Shown in pieces: positions 41,730 through 52,618 of a stretch of 64,000 bases of DNA. Each line of letters begins with the position of its first letter. Position 1 is the stretch's first letter. The stretch comes from Escherichia coli. Lineage in GTDB: Bacteria; Pseudomonadota; Gammaproteobacteria; Enterobacterales; Enterobacteriaceae. The notes beneath the pieces were generated by a model. The model did not search any database. It had not been told where the DNA came from and was given only the letters and a program-made list of their open reading frames with translations. A program made the translations under genes and the position numbers. The stretch lies in assembly GCF_003334305.1 (NCBI RefSeq), contig NZ_QOWS01000002.1; one strand, written 5' to 3'.

Positions 41730-43175
41730 TTATTTTAAAGGTGACGGTGTCACGTTTTTCGGGATAGGGCAGTGATACGGTTGCGTGTCCGTAACTTGCT
41801 GATGCTCTTGTTGGCATTCTTGCAATAGCCCTGAATCAATGAAGAGATTGACTGTGGTTGCTGCCATAGTTTTCGCCGCCAGCAGCATTCCTTTATGAGC
41901 AATCGATGTTCGCCCCTGGCTAACCAGTTGCCACGTATGTAGCGGTGTACCGACGGCAAAACAGGGGCTGAAACACTGGGCAACAGGCAGTTTCCAACTG
42001 ACGTCGCCGACATCAGTCGATGCCGCAAGCACGTTATCGGTGGCGGCATATGGAGCGACCTCATTCGCCAGTACCGTTTCACGATGACGTAGTGCAAAAA
42101 CCTTGCCGTTTTCGCCACCGGTTGCGGCGATATTATTCAGACTGTTTTGCCGATCGTTGGGGGTGAGCGTAGCCTGAATTTGTTTCGCAAAAGCCAGTTC
42201 TTCGGAGTTCCATTCCGGGGTACCAAAATGGGATAGGGCATGGTACATGGCATTTTCTAAGGTGCGATTCGGGAGATAACTGGAACAGGCTTTGTCGAAG
42301 CGGCATTCAACCGTGGTTTCGGTCATCAATGCCGCACCTTCGGCGATTTTGGCGACCCGATCATAAATATGCTGCACGTCGGTCATTTCGGGGGCGCGGA
42401 TAAGATAAAGCACTTCTGCCTGCGCCTGGACCACGTTGGGCGAGATCCCGCCGCTATTTGTGATGGCATAGTGTACGCGCGCTTTTTCAATAATATGTTC
42501 GTTGAGGAAGTTGGTGCCAGTGGTCATCAACGTTACGGCATCAAGGGCGCTGCGTCCCAAATGAGGGGAATTCGCGGCATGTGCTGCGATCCCTTTAAAG
42601 CACCATGATGCCTGAATGTTTGCCAGCGTGCGGGTATTGAACATGCCGGCAAAGGCTTCCGGGTGCCAGGTGAGTGCCGCATCCACATCATCAAATACCC
42701 CCTCGCGGACCATGAACGTTTTACCCGAGCCGCCTTCTTCGCCAGGACAACCATAAAAGCGCACTGTGCCGCCTTGCCCATATTGTTCCAGCCATTTCTT
42801 GACGGCTATTGCAGCGGCAAAGGCGGCGGTTCCCAGCAAATTGTGTCCGCAACCGTGACCATTTTCACCGGGCGTCGCGGATGTAGGTTGCGCGCAACCA
42901 GCTTGCTGACTTAAACCTGCCAGGGCGTCATATTCTCCCAGCAGGGCGATAACCGGTTTGCCTTGACCAAACGAAGCAATAAATGCATTTGGGATATTGC
43001 CTACGTTGCGGGTAACGGTGAAGCTTGCAGATTCCAGCGCCGAAGCCAGATGCTCCGCTGACCAGAACTCTTCAAAACGTGTTTCTGGATGATCCCAGAT
43101 TTGATCGGCAATATCGGTATAACGTTGGCGATCGGCTTCAATCGCATCGTCGATAAAACGATAGATTTCCTGCAT
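41730..43175 (-). CDS. abgB: p-aminobenzoyl-glutamate hydrolase subunit B (M20 peptidase family)
   Basis: 481-aa ORF with M20 metallopeptidase features. Confidence 0.9.
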   Translation of the reverse strand: MQEIYRFIDDAIEADRQRYTDIADQIWDHPETRFEEFWSAEHLASALESASFTVTRNVGNIPNAFIASFGQGKPVIALLGEYDALAGLSQQAGCAQPTSATPGENGHGCGHNLLGTAAFAAAIAVKKWLEQYGQGGTVRFYGCPGEEGGSGKTFMVREGVFDDVDAALTWHPEAFAGMFNTRTLANIQASWCFKGIAAHAANSPHLGRSALDAVTLMTTGTNFLNEHIIEKARVHYAITNSGGISPNVVQAQAEVLYLIRAPEMTDVQHIYDRVAKIAEGAALMTETTVECRFDKACSSYLPNRTLENAMYHALSHFGTPEWNSEELAFAKQIQATLTPNDRQNSLNNIAATGGENGKVFALRHRETVLANEVAPYAATDNVLAASTDVGDVSWKLPVAQCFSPCFAVGTPLHTWQLVSQGRTSIAHKGMLLAAKTMAATTVNLFIDSGLLQECQQEHQQVTDTQPYHCPIPKNVTPSPLK

Positions 43176-44485
43176 CAGATACCTCGCGTCCAGGGAAAAT
43201 TGAGCGCGGTGCGCGCCAGCGTTTCGACGGCAATAGCGAGAACCTGCTCGTCAAAATCGAATTTTTCGTTGTGATGACCTGCCGCCAGCTGTGTGCCAAA
43301 CACCACGTAGGAGGCTTGCCCTTGATGTTGCTGCACGCGGGCCATCATTAATGTGGCATCTTCGGAACCCGCAGGCGCTTCAACACGTTCAATGGCCTGA
43401 TTGACCCCCGCGACCTGAGCCGCCTGACTTTGCAACCATGCGACCCATTGCGGCGAAGGAGAACTGGCGGTAGCTGCACCCATCAGACGAGTTTCAACGC
43501 CGACACCATACATGGTTGCTGCGCCCTGAATCGCTTGTTGTGCACGGTCAAAAACATATTGATTAATGACGTCGCTGGCCCCGCGTGTTTCCACTTTCAG
43601 CAACGCCGAGGCAGGAACAACGTTACGACCGCTTCCTGCCTGCATAACGCCCACGTTTACTCTGGAAGCTCCTTCGCTGTGCGGGGCGATTGCATGCAGT
43701 GCAAGAGTGGCTTGTGCTGCCGCCAACAAGGCATTGTGACCGTCTTCTGGTTTTGCGCCTGCGTGAGCGGCGGTACCGGTGAAGTGCGCGTCAAATTTGG
43801 TGGTTGCCATAAAATTATCACTGCCGCACACCACGGTGCCCGCAGGTACGCCAGTGCCAATGTGCACGGCAGTAAAATAATCAACATCATCTACGACACC
43901 TGCATCGACCATCGCCCGCGCGCCACGCGTACCTTCCTCTGCAGGCTGAAAAATCAGTTTGATGACGCCATGTAGTCCGGACTCGAATTGTTTAAGGGTA
44001 TGCGCCAGCCCAAGCCCAATGGCGGTATGTCCATCATGACCACAGGCATGCATCATTCCGGCGTTACATGACGCAAAACCGTCGCGGTAGGGGCGATGGC
44101 TGACATCCTGCTCTTCACTGAGATCCAGCGCGTCCATATCGACACGGAAAGCCATCACCGGACCGGGGCGACCGGTATCCAGGGTGGCGACGATACCAGT
44201 GAAACCACCTTCAAAAACCGCAATCCATTGTGCTAGCGCACCCTGTTGACGAGCGCGCTCGAATTCGCGTTGTAGAGTGAGTTCATCAGGTAGTCCCATC
44301 CGGCTACTTTCATTAACTACTTCGCGGCCCAGCGCCAGTGAATAGCCGAGCTGCTGCAATTCTTCCGCAACAAGGGTGGCAGTGCGGAATTCCACCCAGC
44401 CAGACTCTGCATAGTGATGAAAATCACGTCGCCAGTGCGATAATTTTGGGGCAAGCGAATTAACAAATTGATTCAAAGACTCCAT
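43175..44485 (-). CDS. abgA: p-aminobenzoyl-glutamate hydrolase subunit A (M20 peptidase family)
   Basis: Track ORF 43175..44500 trimmed to the ATG at 44483-44485 (MESLNQFVNSLAPK...) giving 436 aa; stop overlaps the abgB start. Confidence 0.9.
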   Translation of the reverse strand: MESLNQFVNSLAPKLSHWRRDFHHYAESGWVEFRTATLVAEELQQLGYSLALGREVVNESSRMGLPDELTLQREFERARQQGALAQWIAVFEGGFTGIVATLDTGRPGPVMAFRVDMDALDLSEEQDVSHRPYRDGFASCNAGMMHACGHDGHTAIGLGLAHTLKQFESGLHGVIKLIFQPAEEGTRGARAMVDAGVVDDVDYFTAVHIGTGVPAGTVVCGSDNFMATTKFDAHFTGTAAHAGAKPEDGHNALLAAAQATLALHAIAPHSEGASRVNVGVMQAGSGRNVVPASALLKVETRGASDVINQYVFDRAQQAIQGAATMYGVGVETRLMGAATASSPSPQWVAWLQSQAAQVAGVNQAIERVEAPAGSEDATLMMARVQQHQGQASYVVFGTQLAAGHHNEKFDFDEQVLAIAVETLARTALNFPWTRGI

Positions 44486-44660
44486 AACCTTTCCCGTCAT
44501 CAGTAAAAAGTGTGACCCGGTTCACGTAGCGATAGTTTTTACTTATCACTAACTGATTTTTCACAGTTTTAACCGTTCATAAATTACCCTGACACAATCA
44601 TCTGCATTAAAGTAGATGCCAGTTTCTTTGGTCTGATAAATAACGGTTATCGGTGGCGTC

Positions 44661-45569
44661 ATGACTTTTCAGGTAAAAATTCATCAAATTCGTGCTTTTG
44701 TTGAAGTGGCTCGTCAGGGCAGCATTCGCGGAGCGAGCCGAATGTTGAATATGTCGCAACCGGCACTGAGTAAATCTATTCAGGAGCTGGAAGAAGGATT
44801 AGCGGCGCAACTCTTTTTTCGCCGTAGTAAAGGCGTGACGTTAACTGATGCCGGTGAAAGTTTTTATCAGCACGCCAGTCTTATTCTTGAAGAGCTGCGC
44901 GCAGCGCAAGAGGAAATTCGCCAACGACAAGGGCAACTGGCAGGGCAGATTAATATCGGCATGGGGGCCAGTATTTCCCGCAGTCTGATGCCAGCTGTCA
45001 TATCTCGTTTTCATCAGCAGCATCCGCAGGTAAAAGTACGCATTATGGAAGGGCAACTGGTGTCGATGATTAATGAATTGCGTCAGGGAGAATTGGATTT
45101 CACCATCAATACCTATTATCAGGGACCGTACGACCACGAATTTACTTTTGAGAAATTACTGGAAAAGCAATTCGCGATCTTTTGCCGCCCGGGACACCCC
45201 GCCATTGGTGCCCGTTCGATCAAACAGTTACTGGATTACAGCTGGACAATGCCGACGCCACACGGCAGTTACTACAAACAGTTGAGTGAATTGCTTGACG
45301 ATCAGGCGCAAACGCCACAGGTCGGTGTAGTCTGCGAGACGTTCTCAGCCTGTATCAGTCTGGTGGCAAAAAGCGATTTTCTCAGCATACTGCCTGAAGA
45401 AATGGGCTGCGATCCCTTGCACGGACAGGGGCTGGTGATGTTGCCGGTTAGCGAAATTTTACCGAAAGCGGCCTATTATTTGATTCAGCGGCGTGATAGT
45501 CGCCAGACACCACTGACCGCGTCATTAATCACGCAATTCCGGCGAGAATGCGGCTATCTGCAAAGTTAA
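44661..45569 (+). CDS. abgR: LysR-family regulator of the abg operon
   Basis: 302-aa ORF divergent from abgA with LysR-type HTH (GASRMLNMSQPALSKSIQ). Confidence 0.9.
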   Translation: MTFQVKIHQIRAFVEVARQGSIRGASRMLNMSQPALSKSIQELEEGLAAQLFFRRSKGVTLTDAGESFYQHASLILEELRAAQEEIRQRQGQLAGQINIGMGASISRSLMPAVISRFHQQHPQVKVRIMEGQLVSMINELRQGELDFTINTYYQGPYDHEFTFEKLLEKQFAIFCRPGHPAIGARSIKQLLDYSWTMPTPHGSYYKQLSELLDDQAQTPQVGVVCETFSACISLVAKSDFLSILPEEMGCDPLHGQGLVMLPVSEILPKAAYYLIQRRDSRQTPLTASLITQFRRECGYLQS

Positions 45570-45570
45570 A

Positions 45571-45671
45571 ACTGCATAAAAAAATAGAGTCTGTCGACAT
45601 CCGCCAGACTCTACAGTACACACAGCAGTGCATCCGCGTCTTAAGTCCGGCATTGTCTCCTCTGCGCCGGT
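45571..45671 (-). ncRNA. mcaS: Hfq-binding small RNA McaS (IsrA)
   Basis: Reverse strand reads ACCGGCGCAGAGGAGACAAUGCCGGACUUAAGACGCGGAUGCACUGCUGUGUGUACUGUAGAGUCUGGCGGAUGUCGACAGACUCUAUUUUUUUAUGCAGUU, matching the McaS sequence as I remember it, ending in a hairpin plus U7 terminator. Ends are approximate (a few nt). Confidence 0.8.
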
Positions 45672-45898
45672 GACTGTGTTATAACGGTTTTAACCTTTAG
45701 TTGCCAATTTTCTTCAGTGACAGATTTCACGAAAATATAAGTTACATTATTAATATCGTGAATGAATAATCATGCATAAGCATTTTGCTTAAAATATCGG
45801 CAATATTTGGAACTTATTACTGGAATTTTGGGTAATACGTTGTTGGACCGACCCGGTCTGGTTATCATATCGCGCTCTTAATTGCGGGAGGATGTAAC

Positions 45899-46462
45899 AT
45901 GAACCTTGACGACAAATCGCTGTTTCTTGACGCCATGGAAGATGTCCAGCCGCTGAAACGTGCTACCGATGTCCACTGGCATCCAACGCGTAACCAACGT
46001 GCGCCGCAGCGTATCGACACGCTGCAGCTTGATAATTTCCTCACCACCGGATTTCTCGACATCATCCCACTAAGTCAGCCGCTGGAGTTTCGGCGGGAAG
46101 GGTTGCAACATGGGGTGCTGGATAAGCTGCGCAGTGGTAAATATCCGCAACAGGCGAGCCTGAATCTTTTGCGCCAGCCGGTGGAAGAGTGCCGCAAAAT
46201 GATGTTCAGTTTCATTCAACAAGCCATGGCTGATGGTTTGCGTAACGTGCTGATTATTCATGGCAAAGGACGGGATGATAAATCGCATGCCAATATTGTC
46301 CGCAGCTATGTGGCGCGCTGGCTGACCGAATTTGATGATGTTCAGGCATATTGCACCGCGCTACCGCATCATGGCGGCAGCGGGGCGTGTTACGTCGCAC
46401 TACGTAAAACGGCGCAGGCGAAGCAAGAAAACTGGGAGCGCCACGCTAAGCGCAGTCGTTGA
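45899..46462 (+). CDS. smrA: Smr-domain DNA endonuclease
   Basis: 187-aa ORF with C-terminal Smr domain (LIIHGKGR). Confidence 0.88.
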   Translation: MNLDDKSLFLDAMEDVQPLKRATDVHWHPTRNQRAPQRIDTLQLDNFLTTGFLDIIPLSQPLEFRREGLQHGVLDKLRSGKYPQQASLNLLRQPVEECRKMMFSFIQQAMADGLRNVLIIHGKGRDDKSHANIVRSYVARWLTEFDDVQAYCTALPHHGGSGACYVALRKTAQAKQENWERHAKRSR

Positions 46463-46482
46463 TCTCGAGACGCATCCGCGGC

Positions 46483-47715
46483 TTATGCCGCCAGCACGCG
46501 GTTGCGACCATCATTTTTCGCCCGATACAAAGCATCATCAACGCGTTTAAACAGTTCATCGATGCTTTCATTTCCTTCGTGATGCGCCACACCAATGCTG
46601 ACGGTAAAGCGTGGTAAGCCCGAAATACTCACTTTTGCCACGCTTACGCGGATAGTTTCAGCCAGCGAAAGCGCGGTATCCAGTGGGGTTCTTGGTAGCA
46701 ATAAGACAAACTCTTCGCCTCCCCAACGAAACACCAAATCGCCTTTGCGAGCGCAACTTTCGAGGGTGCGGGCGAGGGCGCATAACACCTCATCACCTTT
46801 AGAATGCCCATAGAGATCGTTAATGTGTTTAAAACGATCGGTGTCGATGAGCAACAAGCTGTAATCCTGAGCGATGGCGAGATGCTGCATTTGGCCTGGT
46901 TCCGTAATGTGATAAAACTGTCGCCGATTCAGTAATCCGGTCATCGCGTCATGGTGAGCAGCATGTTCCAGCTGCTCCTCCAGCCGTTTTTGCTCAGTAA
47001 TATCATGCACAATACATAACATGAGCTTGTCGCCATAAATTTCAATCGGTCCGGCATAGGTCTGCACATGACGAGTAGATCCATCCGCCAGTTTATGAAC
47101 AAAATTCAAAGGTTTATGACCGCCGGGTAAATGCGAAATTTCATGCATGATAGGCATGACGCGACGCCCGAGCATATTTATTTCCCAGGTATGTTTCTGG
47201 CACATCGTTTCATGGTTATAACCATAGAAATTGAGCGCGGCGAGGTTAGCATCGACGATTTGTCCATCTCGTGACGGGTCAATCAACAACATTGGTGCAG
47301 AGTTAGTCAGAAAAAAGCGCGCATAAAAACCTTGTTTTTTGCGCTGATAATTTGCCGAGCGACTGGCTTTTAACCCCAGCGTTGCCGGCGCTTCGATACC
47401 TTCGAAAATAATCACCGGTTCTGTTTCTGTCAGCTCTCGCAAAACAAGCCGACAGCTTAATGCTGTTTCCTCTTCTTTACGCTGAACAGTGAGGATTTCG
47501 ATAATATCGTGTTGGTTTTGCAGATCGGAGAGGTATTTCGGCAGTTCTTTTTGTGAGGAGACGGAATAGGGACCGGTTCGTAGCTGACTAAACGTGAGGT
47601 CTTGCATCAACAGTCGCGCCGCGCTATTGGCATAAATTAACTGTTCCTCAAAGGGCGAAACGATCCAGACAGGACTGGTGAGTAAGTCCAGGGTATTGAA
47701 GTTGTGCGTAATCAT
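46483..47715 (-). CDS. dgcM: diguanylate cyclase (PAS-PAS-GGDEF)
   Basis: Track ORF 46483..47775 trimmed to the ATG at 47713-47715 (MITHNFNTLDLL...) giving 410 aa; GGEEF active-site motif present. Confidence 0.9.
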   Translation of the reverse strand: MITHNFNTLDLLTSPVWIVSPFEEQLIYANSAARLLMQDLTFSQLRTGPYSVSSQKELPKYLSDLQNQHDIIEILTVQRKEEETALSCRLVLRELTETEPVIIFEGIEAPATLGLKASRSANYQRKKQGFYARFFLTNSAPMLLIDPSRDGQIVDANLAALNFYGYNHETMCQKHTWEINMLGRRVMPIMHEISHLPGGHKPLNFVHKLADGSTRHVQTYAGPIEIYGDKLMLCIVHDITEQKRLEEQLEHAAHHDAMTGLLNRRQFYHITEPGQMQHLAIAQDYSLLLIDTDRFKHINDLYGHSKGDEVLCALARTLESCARKGDLVFRWGGEEFVLLLPRTPLDTALSLAETIRVSVAKVSISGLPRFTVSIGVAHHEGNESIDELFKRVDDALYRAKNDGRNRVLAA

Positions 47716-47948
47716 TGAGATCCCATTATTTTTATCAATTTTTGTTGCTATCCGATCGCAAAAAAGCCACGTCATATGATCAGATAATTCTGATAATGAT
47801 AGACGCTATTTAACACTTCACACGGTTTGTATACGGAAAAGCATTTTGCTTTTTGTATTCAATTTAGACAGAATTTTATTAATCATTTCAGGGTAATGGG
47901 GTGATGAGATGTTGCGTAACAGGGCCAGAAGGCTAGACTACAAAATAA

Positions 47949-48953
<1,005 letters not shown>

Positions 48954-48999
48954 CAAAAGCAATTTTTCCGGCTGTCTGTATACAAAAACGCCGCAAAGT

Positions 49000-49013
49000 T
49001 TGAGCGAAGTCAA
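49000..49013. promoter_or_regulatory. FNR box of the fnrS promoter
   Basis: TTGAGCGAAGTCAA centred about 42 bp upstream of the FnrS 5' end, the class II activation spacing. Confidence 0.7.
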
Positions 49014-49048
49014 TAAACTCTCTACCCATTCAGGGCAATATCTCCATT

Positions 49049-49170
49049 GCAGGTGAATGCAACGTCAAGCGATGGGCGTTGCGCTCCATATTGTCTTACT
49101 TCCTTTTTTGAATTACTGCATAGCATAATTGATTCGTACGACGCCGACTTTGATGAGTCGGCTTTTTTTT
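49049..49170 (+). ncRNA. fnrS: FNR-activated small RNA FnrS
   Basis: GCAGGUGAAUGCAACGUCAAGCGAUGGGCGUUGCGCUCC...GACGCCGACUUUGAUGAGUCGGCUUUUUUUU matches FnrS as I remember it, ending in a hairpin plus U8 terminator; track ORF 49047..49265 over it is judged non-coding. Confidence 0.85.
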
Positions 49171-49227
49171 GCCTGTTATTTATCAGCGTCTACCCTTTAA
49201 GAGTCCACCCAATGACCGGAGGGAAAT

Positions 49228-49401
49228 ATGACGACACTTATTTATTTGCAAATTCCTGTCCCTGAACCGATTCCTGGCGATCCTGTTCCAGTGCCCGATC
49301 CGATCCCTCGCCCGCAACCCATGCCTGACCCACCACCCGATGAAGAACCGATTAAATTGTCGCATCGTGAGCGTAGATCTGCGAGGATACGCGCCTGCTA
49401 A
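49228..49401 (+). CDS. unlisted 57-codon proline-rich small ORF immediately upstream of dbpA
   Basis: GGAGGG Shine-Dalgarno at 49218-49223, ATG 49228, stop TAA 49399-49401; encodes MTTLIYLQIPVPEPIPGDPVPVPDPIPRPQPMPDPPPDEEPIKLSHRERRSARIRAC. Below the 60-aa cutoff of the ORF track. Coding status not proven. Confidence 0.45.
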   Translation: MTTLIYLQIPVPEPIPGDPVPVPDPIPRPQPMPDPPPDEEPIKLSHRERRSARIRAC

Positions 49402-49430
49402 CTTTGCGTCGATGACCACGAGAATAGATT

Positions 49431-50804
49431 GTGACCGCTTTTTCTACCCTGAATGTTTTGCCTCCCGCCCAACTCACGAACCTTAATGAGTTGGGTTATT
49501 TAACCATGACGCCGGTGCAGGCCGCCGCGCTTCCGGCGATCCTTGCCGGAAAAGATGTTCGCGTGCAGGCGAAAACCGGCAGCGGCAAAACGGCGGCTTT
49601 TGGCCTCGGCTTGTTACAGCAAATTGATGCGTCGCTATTTCAAACCCAGGCTTTAGTGCTGTGTCCTACGCGTGAACTGGCGGATCAGGTGGCAGGTGAA
49701 TTGCGTCGGCTGGCGCGTTTTCTGCCAAATACCAAAATTTTGACGTTGTGCGGTGGTCAACCGTTCGGTATGCAGCGTGATTCGTTGCAACATGCGCCGC
49801 ATATTATCGTGGCAACGCCGGGTCGTTTGCTGGATCACTTGCAAAAAGGCACGGTATCACTGGATGCGCTGAATACTTTGGTGATGGATGAGGCCGACCG
49901 CATGCTGGATATGGGATTTAGCGATGCCATTGATGATGTCATCCGTTTTGCGCCTGCATCTCGACAGACGCTTCTGTTTTCGGCAACCTGGCCGGAAGCC
50001 ATCGCCGCAATCAGCGGACGAGTGCAACGCGATCCTTTGGCGATTGAAATTGACTCAACAGATGCTTTGCCACCCATTGAACAACAATTTTATGAGACAT
50101 CCAGCAAAGGCAAAATTCCTCTGTTGCAACGGTTATTAAGCTTGCATCAGCCATCCTCTTGCGTGGTGTTTTGCAATACCAAAAAAGATTGCCAGGCTGT
50201 CTGCGACGCGCTGAATGAAGTAGGGCAAAGTGCATTGTCGTTACACGGCGATCTGGAGCAACGCGATCGCGATCAGACTCTGGTACGTTTTGCTAACGGT
50301 AGCGCCCGTGTACTGGTTGCTACTGATGTTGCTGCGCGTGGTCTGGATATTAAATCGCTTGAGCTGGTGGTGAACTTTGAGCTGGCGTGGGACCCTGAAG
50401 TTCATGTACATCGCATCGGTCGTACAGCTCGTGCAGGAAATAGCGGTCTGGCGATCAGTTTCTGTGCTCCGGAAGAAGCACAGCGGGCCAATATCATTTC
50501 TGACATGTTGCAGATAAAACTTAACTGGCAAACGCCGCCAGCTAATAGTTCCATTTTGCCGCTGGAAGCAGAAATGGCAACGTTGTGTATCGATGGCGGG
50601 AAAAAAGCCAAAATGCGCCCGGGTGATGTATTAGGTGCGCTGACAGGAGACATCGGGCTTGATGGCGTAGATATTGGCAAAATCGCCGTGCATCCGGCGC
50701 ATGTCTATGTCGCGGTCCGTCAGGCTGTTGCTCATAAAGCATGGAAACAGTTACAGGGCGGGAAGATTAAAGGAAAAACGTGCCGGGTGCGGTTATTAAA
50801 ATAA
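49431..50804 (+). CDS. dbpA: ATP-dependent RNA helicase DbpA (DEAD-box, 23S rRNA-specific)
   Basis: 457-aa ORF with GTG start; motifs AKTGSGKT, DEAD and SAT present, plus C-terminal RNA-binding domain. Confidence 0.95.
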   Translation: MTAFSTLNVLPPAQLTNLNELGYLTMTPVQAAALPAILAGKDVRVQAKTGSGKTAAFGLGLLQQIDASLFQTQALVLCPTRELADQVAGELRRLARFLPNTKILTLCGGQPFGMQRDSLQHAPHIIVATPGRLLDHLQKGTVSLDALNTLVMDEADRMLDMGFSDAIDDVIRFAPASRQTLLFSATWPEAIAAISGRVQRDPLAIEIDSTDALPPIEQQFYETSSKGKIPLLQRLLSLHQPSSCVVFCNTKKDCQAVCDALNEVGQSALSLHGDLEQRDRDQTLVRFANGSARVLVATDVAARGLDIKSLELVVNFELAWDPEVHVHRIGRTARAGNSGLAISFCAPEEAQRANIISDMLQIKLNWQTPPANSSILPLEAEMATLCIDGGKKAKMRPGDVLGALTGDIGLDGVDIGKIAVHPAHVYVAVRQAVAHKAWKQLQGGKIKGKTCRVRLLK

Positions 50805-50840
50805 TGAAATGTTGAATTGCCGGGTGCAAGAGTAAACATC

Positions 50841-50926
50841 TTATGCGGGATTGCCGGATGCGACGCTGGCCGCGTCTTATGCGGCCTCCATAAGAGTAGC
50901 CCGATACGCTTGCGCATCGGGCGCTA
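50841..50926. repeat. REP-type extragenic palindromes between convergent dbpA and ttcA
   Basis: TTGCCGGATGCGACGCTGGCCGCGTCTTATGCGGCCTCC plus a second dyad CCCGAT...ATCGGG. Confidence 0.5.
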
Positions 50927-50932
50927 TCCTGG

Positions 50933-51868
50933 TTATTTCACTTCAACCACATTCAGCCGTAACTCATCCAACTGATTTTCATCTTCTTCTGGCTGCCAGC
51001 CCGCCGGTTGTAGTGGGATCTCTTCGCGATCAAACGCCAGATCACCCCCGTTAACCACTTCAGAACCGTGGGTAATGCCTTTGAAATCGAACAGGTTGGT
51101 ATCGCACAGATGCGACGGCACCACATTCTGCATCGCGCTGAACATCGTCTCGATACGCCCTGGATAACGTTTATCCCAGTCACGCAACATGTCAGCAATC
51201 ACCTGACGTTGCAGGTTAGGCTGTGAACCGCACAGGTTGCACGGAATAATCGGGAACGCTTTTGCATCGGCAAATCGCTGAATATCTTTCTCGCGGCAGT
51301 AGGCCAGCGGACGAATAACGATATGTTTGCCATCATCGCTCATCAGTTTCGGAGGCATACCTTTCATCTTGCCGCCGTAGAACATATTTAAGAACAACGT
51401 TTGCAGGATATCGTCACGATGGTGACCCAACGCGATCTTCGTCGCCCCCAGTTCCGTTGCGGTACGATAAAGGATACCGCGACGAAGGCGAGAACACAGT
51501 GAGCAAGTGGTTTTGCCCTCTGGAATCTTCTCTTTCACGATACCGTAAGTATTCTCTTCAACAATCTTGTACTCAACGCCCAGCTTTTCAAGATACTCGG
51601 GCAGAACGTGTTCCGGGAAGCCCGGTTGCTTTTGATCGAGGTTAACAGCCACCAGCGAAAAATTGATTGGCGCGCTTTGCTGCAAATTGCGCAGAATCTC
51701 CAGCATGGTATAGCTGTCTTTACCCCCGGAGAGGCAAACCATGATGCGATCGCCTTCTTCAATCATATTGAAGTCAGCAATGGCTTCGCCCACGTTACGA
51801 CGCAGACGTTTTTGTAATTTGTTCAGGTTGTATTGTTCTTTCTTACTAATTTCTTGATTTTGCGACAT
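50933..51868 (-). CDS. ttcA: tRNA 2-thiocytidine(32) synthetase (PP-loop ATPase)
   Basis: 311-aa ORF with PP-loop SGGKDS and Cys motifs; N-terminus here is [18 protein letters not shown]. Confidence 0.92.
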   Translation of the reverse strand: MSQNQEISKKEQYNLNKLQKRLRRNVGEAIADFNMIEEGDRIMVCLSGGKDSYTMLEILRNLQQSAPINFSLVAVNLDQKQPGFPEHVLPEYLEKLGVEYKIVEENTYGIVKEKIPEGKTTCSLCSRLRRGILYRTATELGATKIALGHHRDDILQTLFLNMFYGGKMKGMPPKLMSDDGKHIVIRPLAYCREKDIQRFADAKAFPIIPCNLCGSQPNLQRQVIADMLRDWDKRYPGRIETMFSAMQNVVPSHLCDTNLFDFKGITHGSEVVNGGDLAFDREEIPLQPAGWQPEEDENQLDELRLNVVEVK

Positions 51869-52010
51869 TTAAAAGCGACTCAATTCGTTATATGGCATCA
51901 GAAGAGTATGCGTCATGCCGGAACGCCCAGCATAAGAAATCTGATATAAAAACTGTGGCGTGTATGGTACGGATTAGAGGGGAAAATGTCAGCACATTTG
52001 CGAAATGAAT

Positions 52011-52037
52011 CAAAAAGCCCGCAGCAATGTGCGGGCG
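52011..52037 (-). terminator. rho-independent terminator after uspF
   Basis: On the reverse strand GCCCGC-loop-GCGGGC followed by UUUUU, immediately 3' of the uspF stop. Confidence 0.6.
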
Positions 52038-52043
52038 TTAGTG

Positions 52044-52559
<516 letters not shown>

Positions 52560-52585
52560 TTAGATCAAAGGAGGAAGAATAAGCA

Positions 52586-52611
52586 GAAAAAGCCCGCCAT
52601 AACAGCGGGCA
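52586..52611 (-). terminator. rho-independent terminator after ompN
   Basis: Reverse strand GCCCGCUGUUAUGGCGGGC followed by UUUUUCU, just 3' of the ompN stop. Confidence 0.6.
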
Positions 52612-52618
52612 GGAGGAT

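Noticed and set aside
49047-49265. 72-aa plus-strand track ORF beginning at the FnrS 5' end
   Set aside because: It begins inside the FnrS small RNA and reads through its hairpin and U-tract terminator; the region is explained by the sRNA and, in a different frame, by the SD-preceded proline-rich ORF at 49228.
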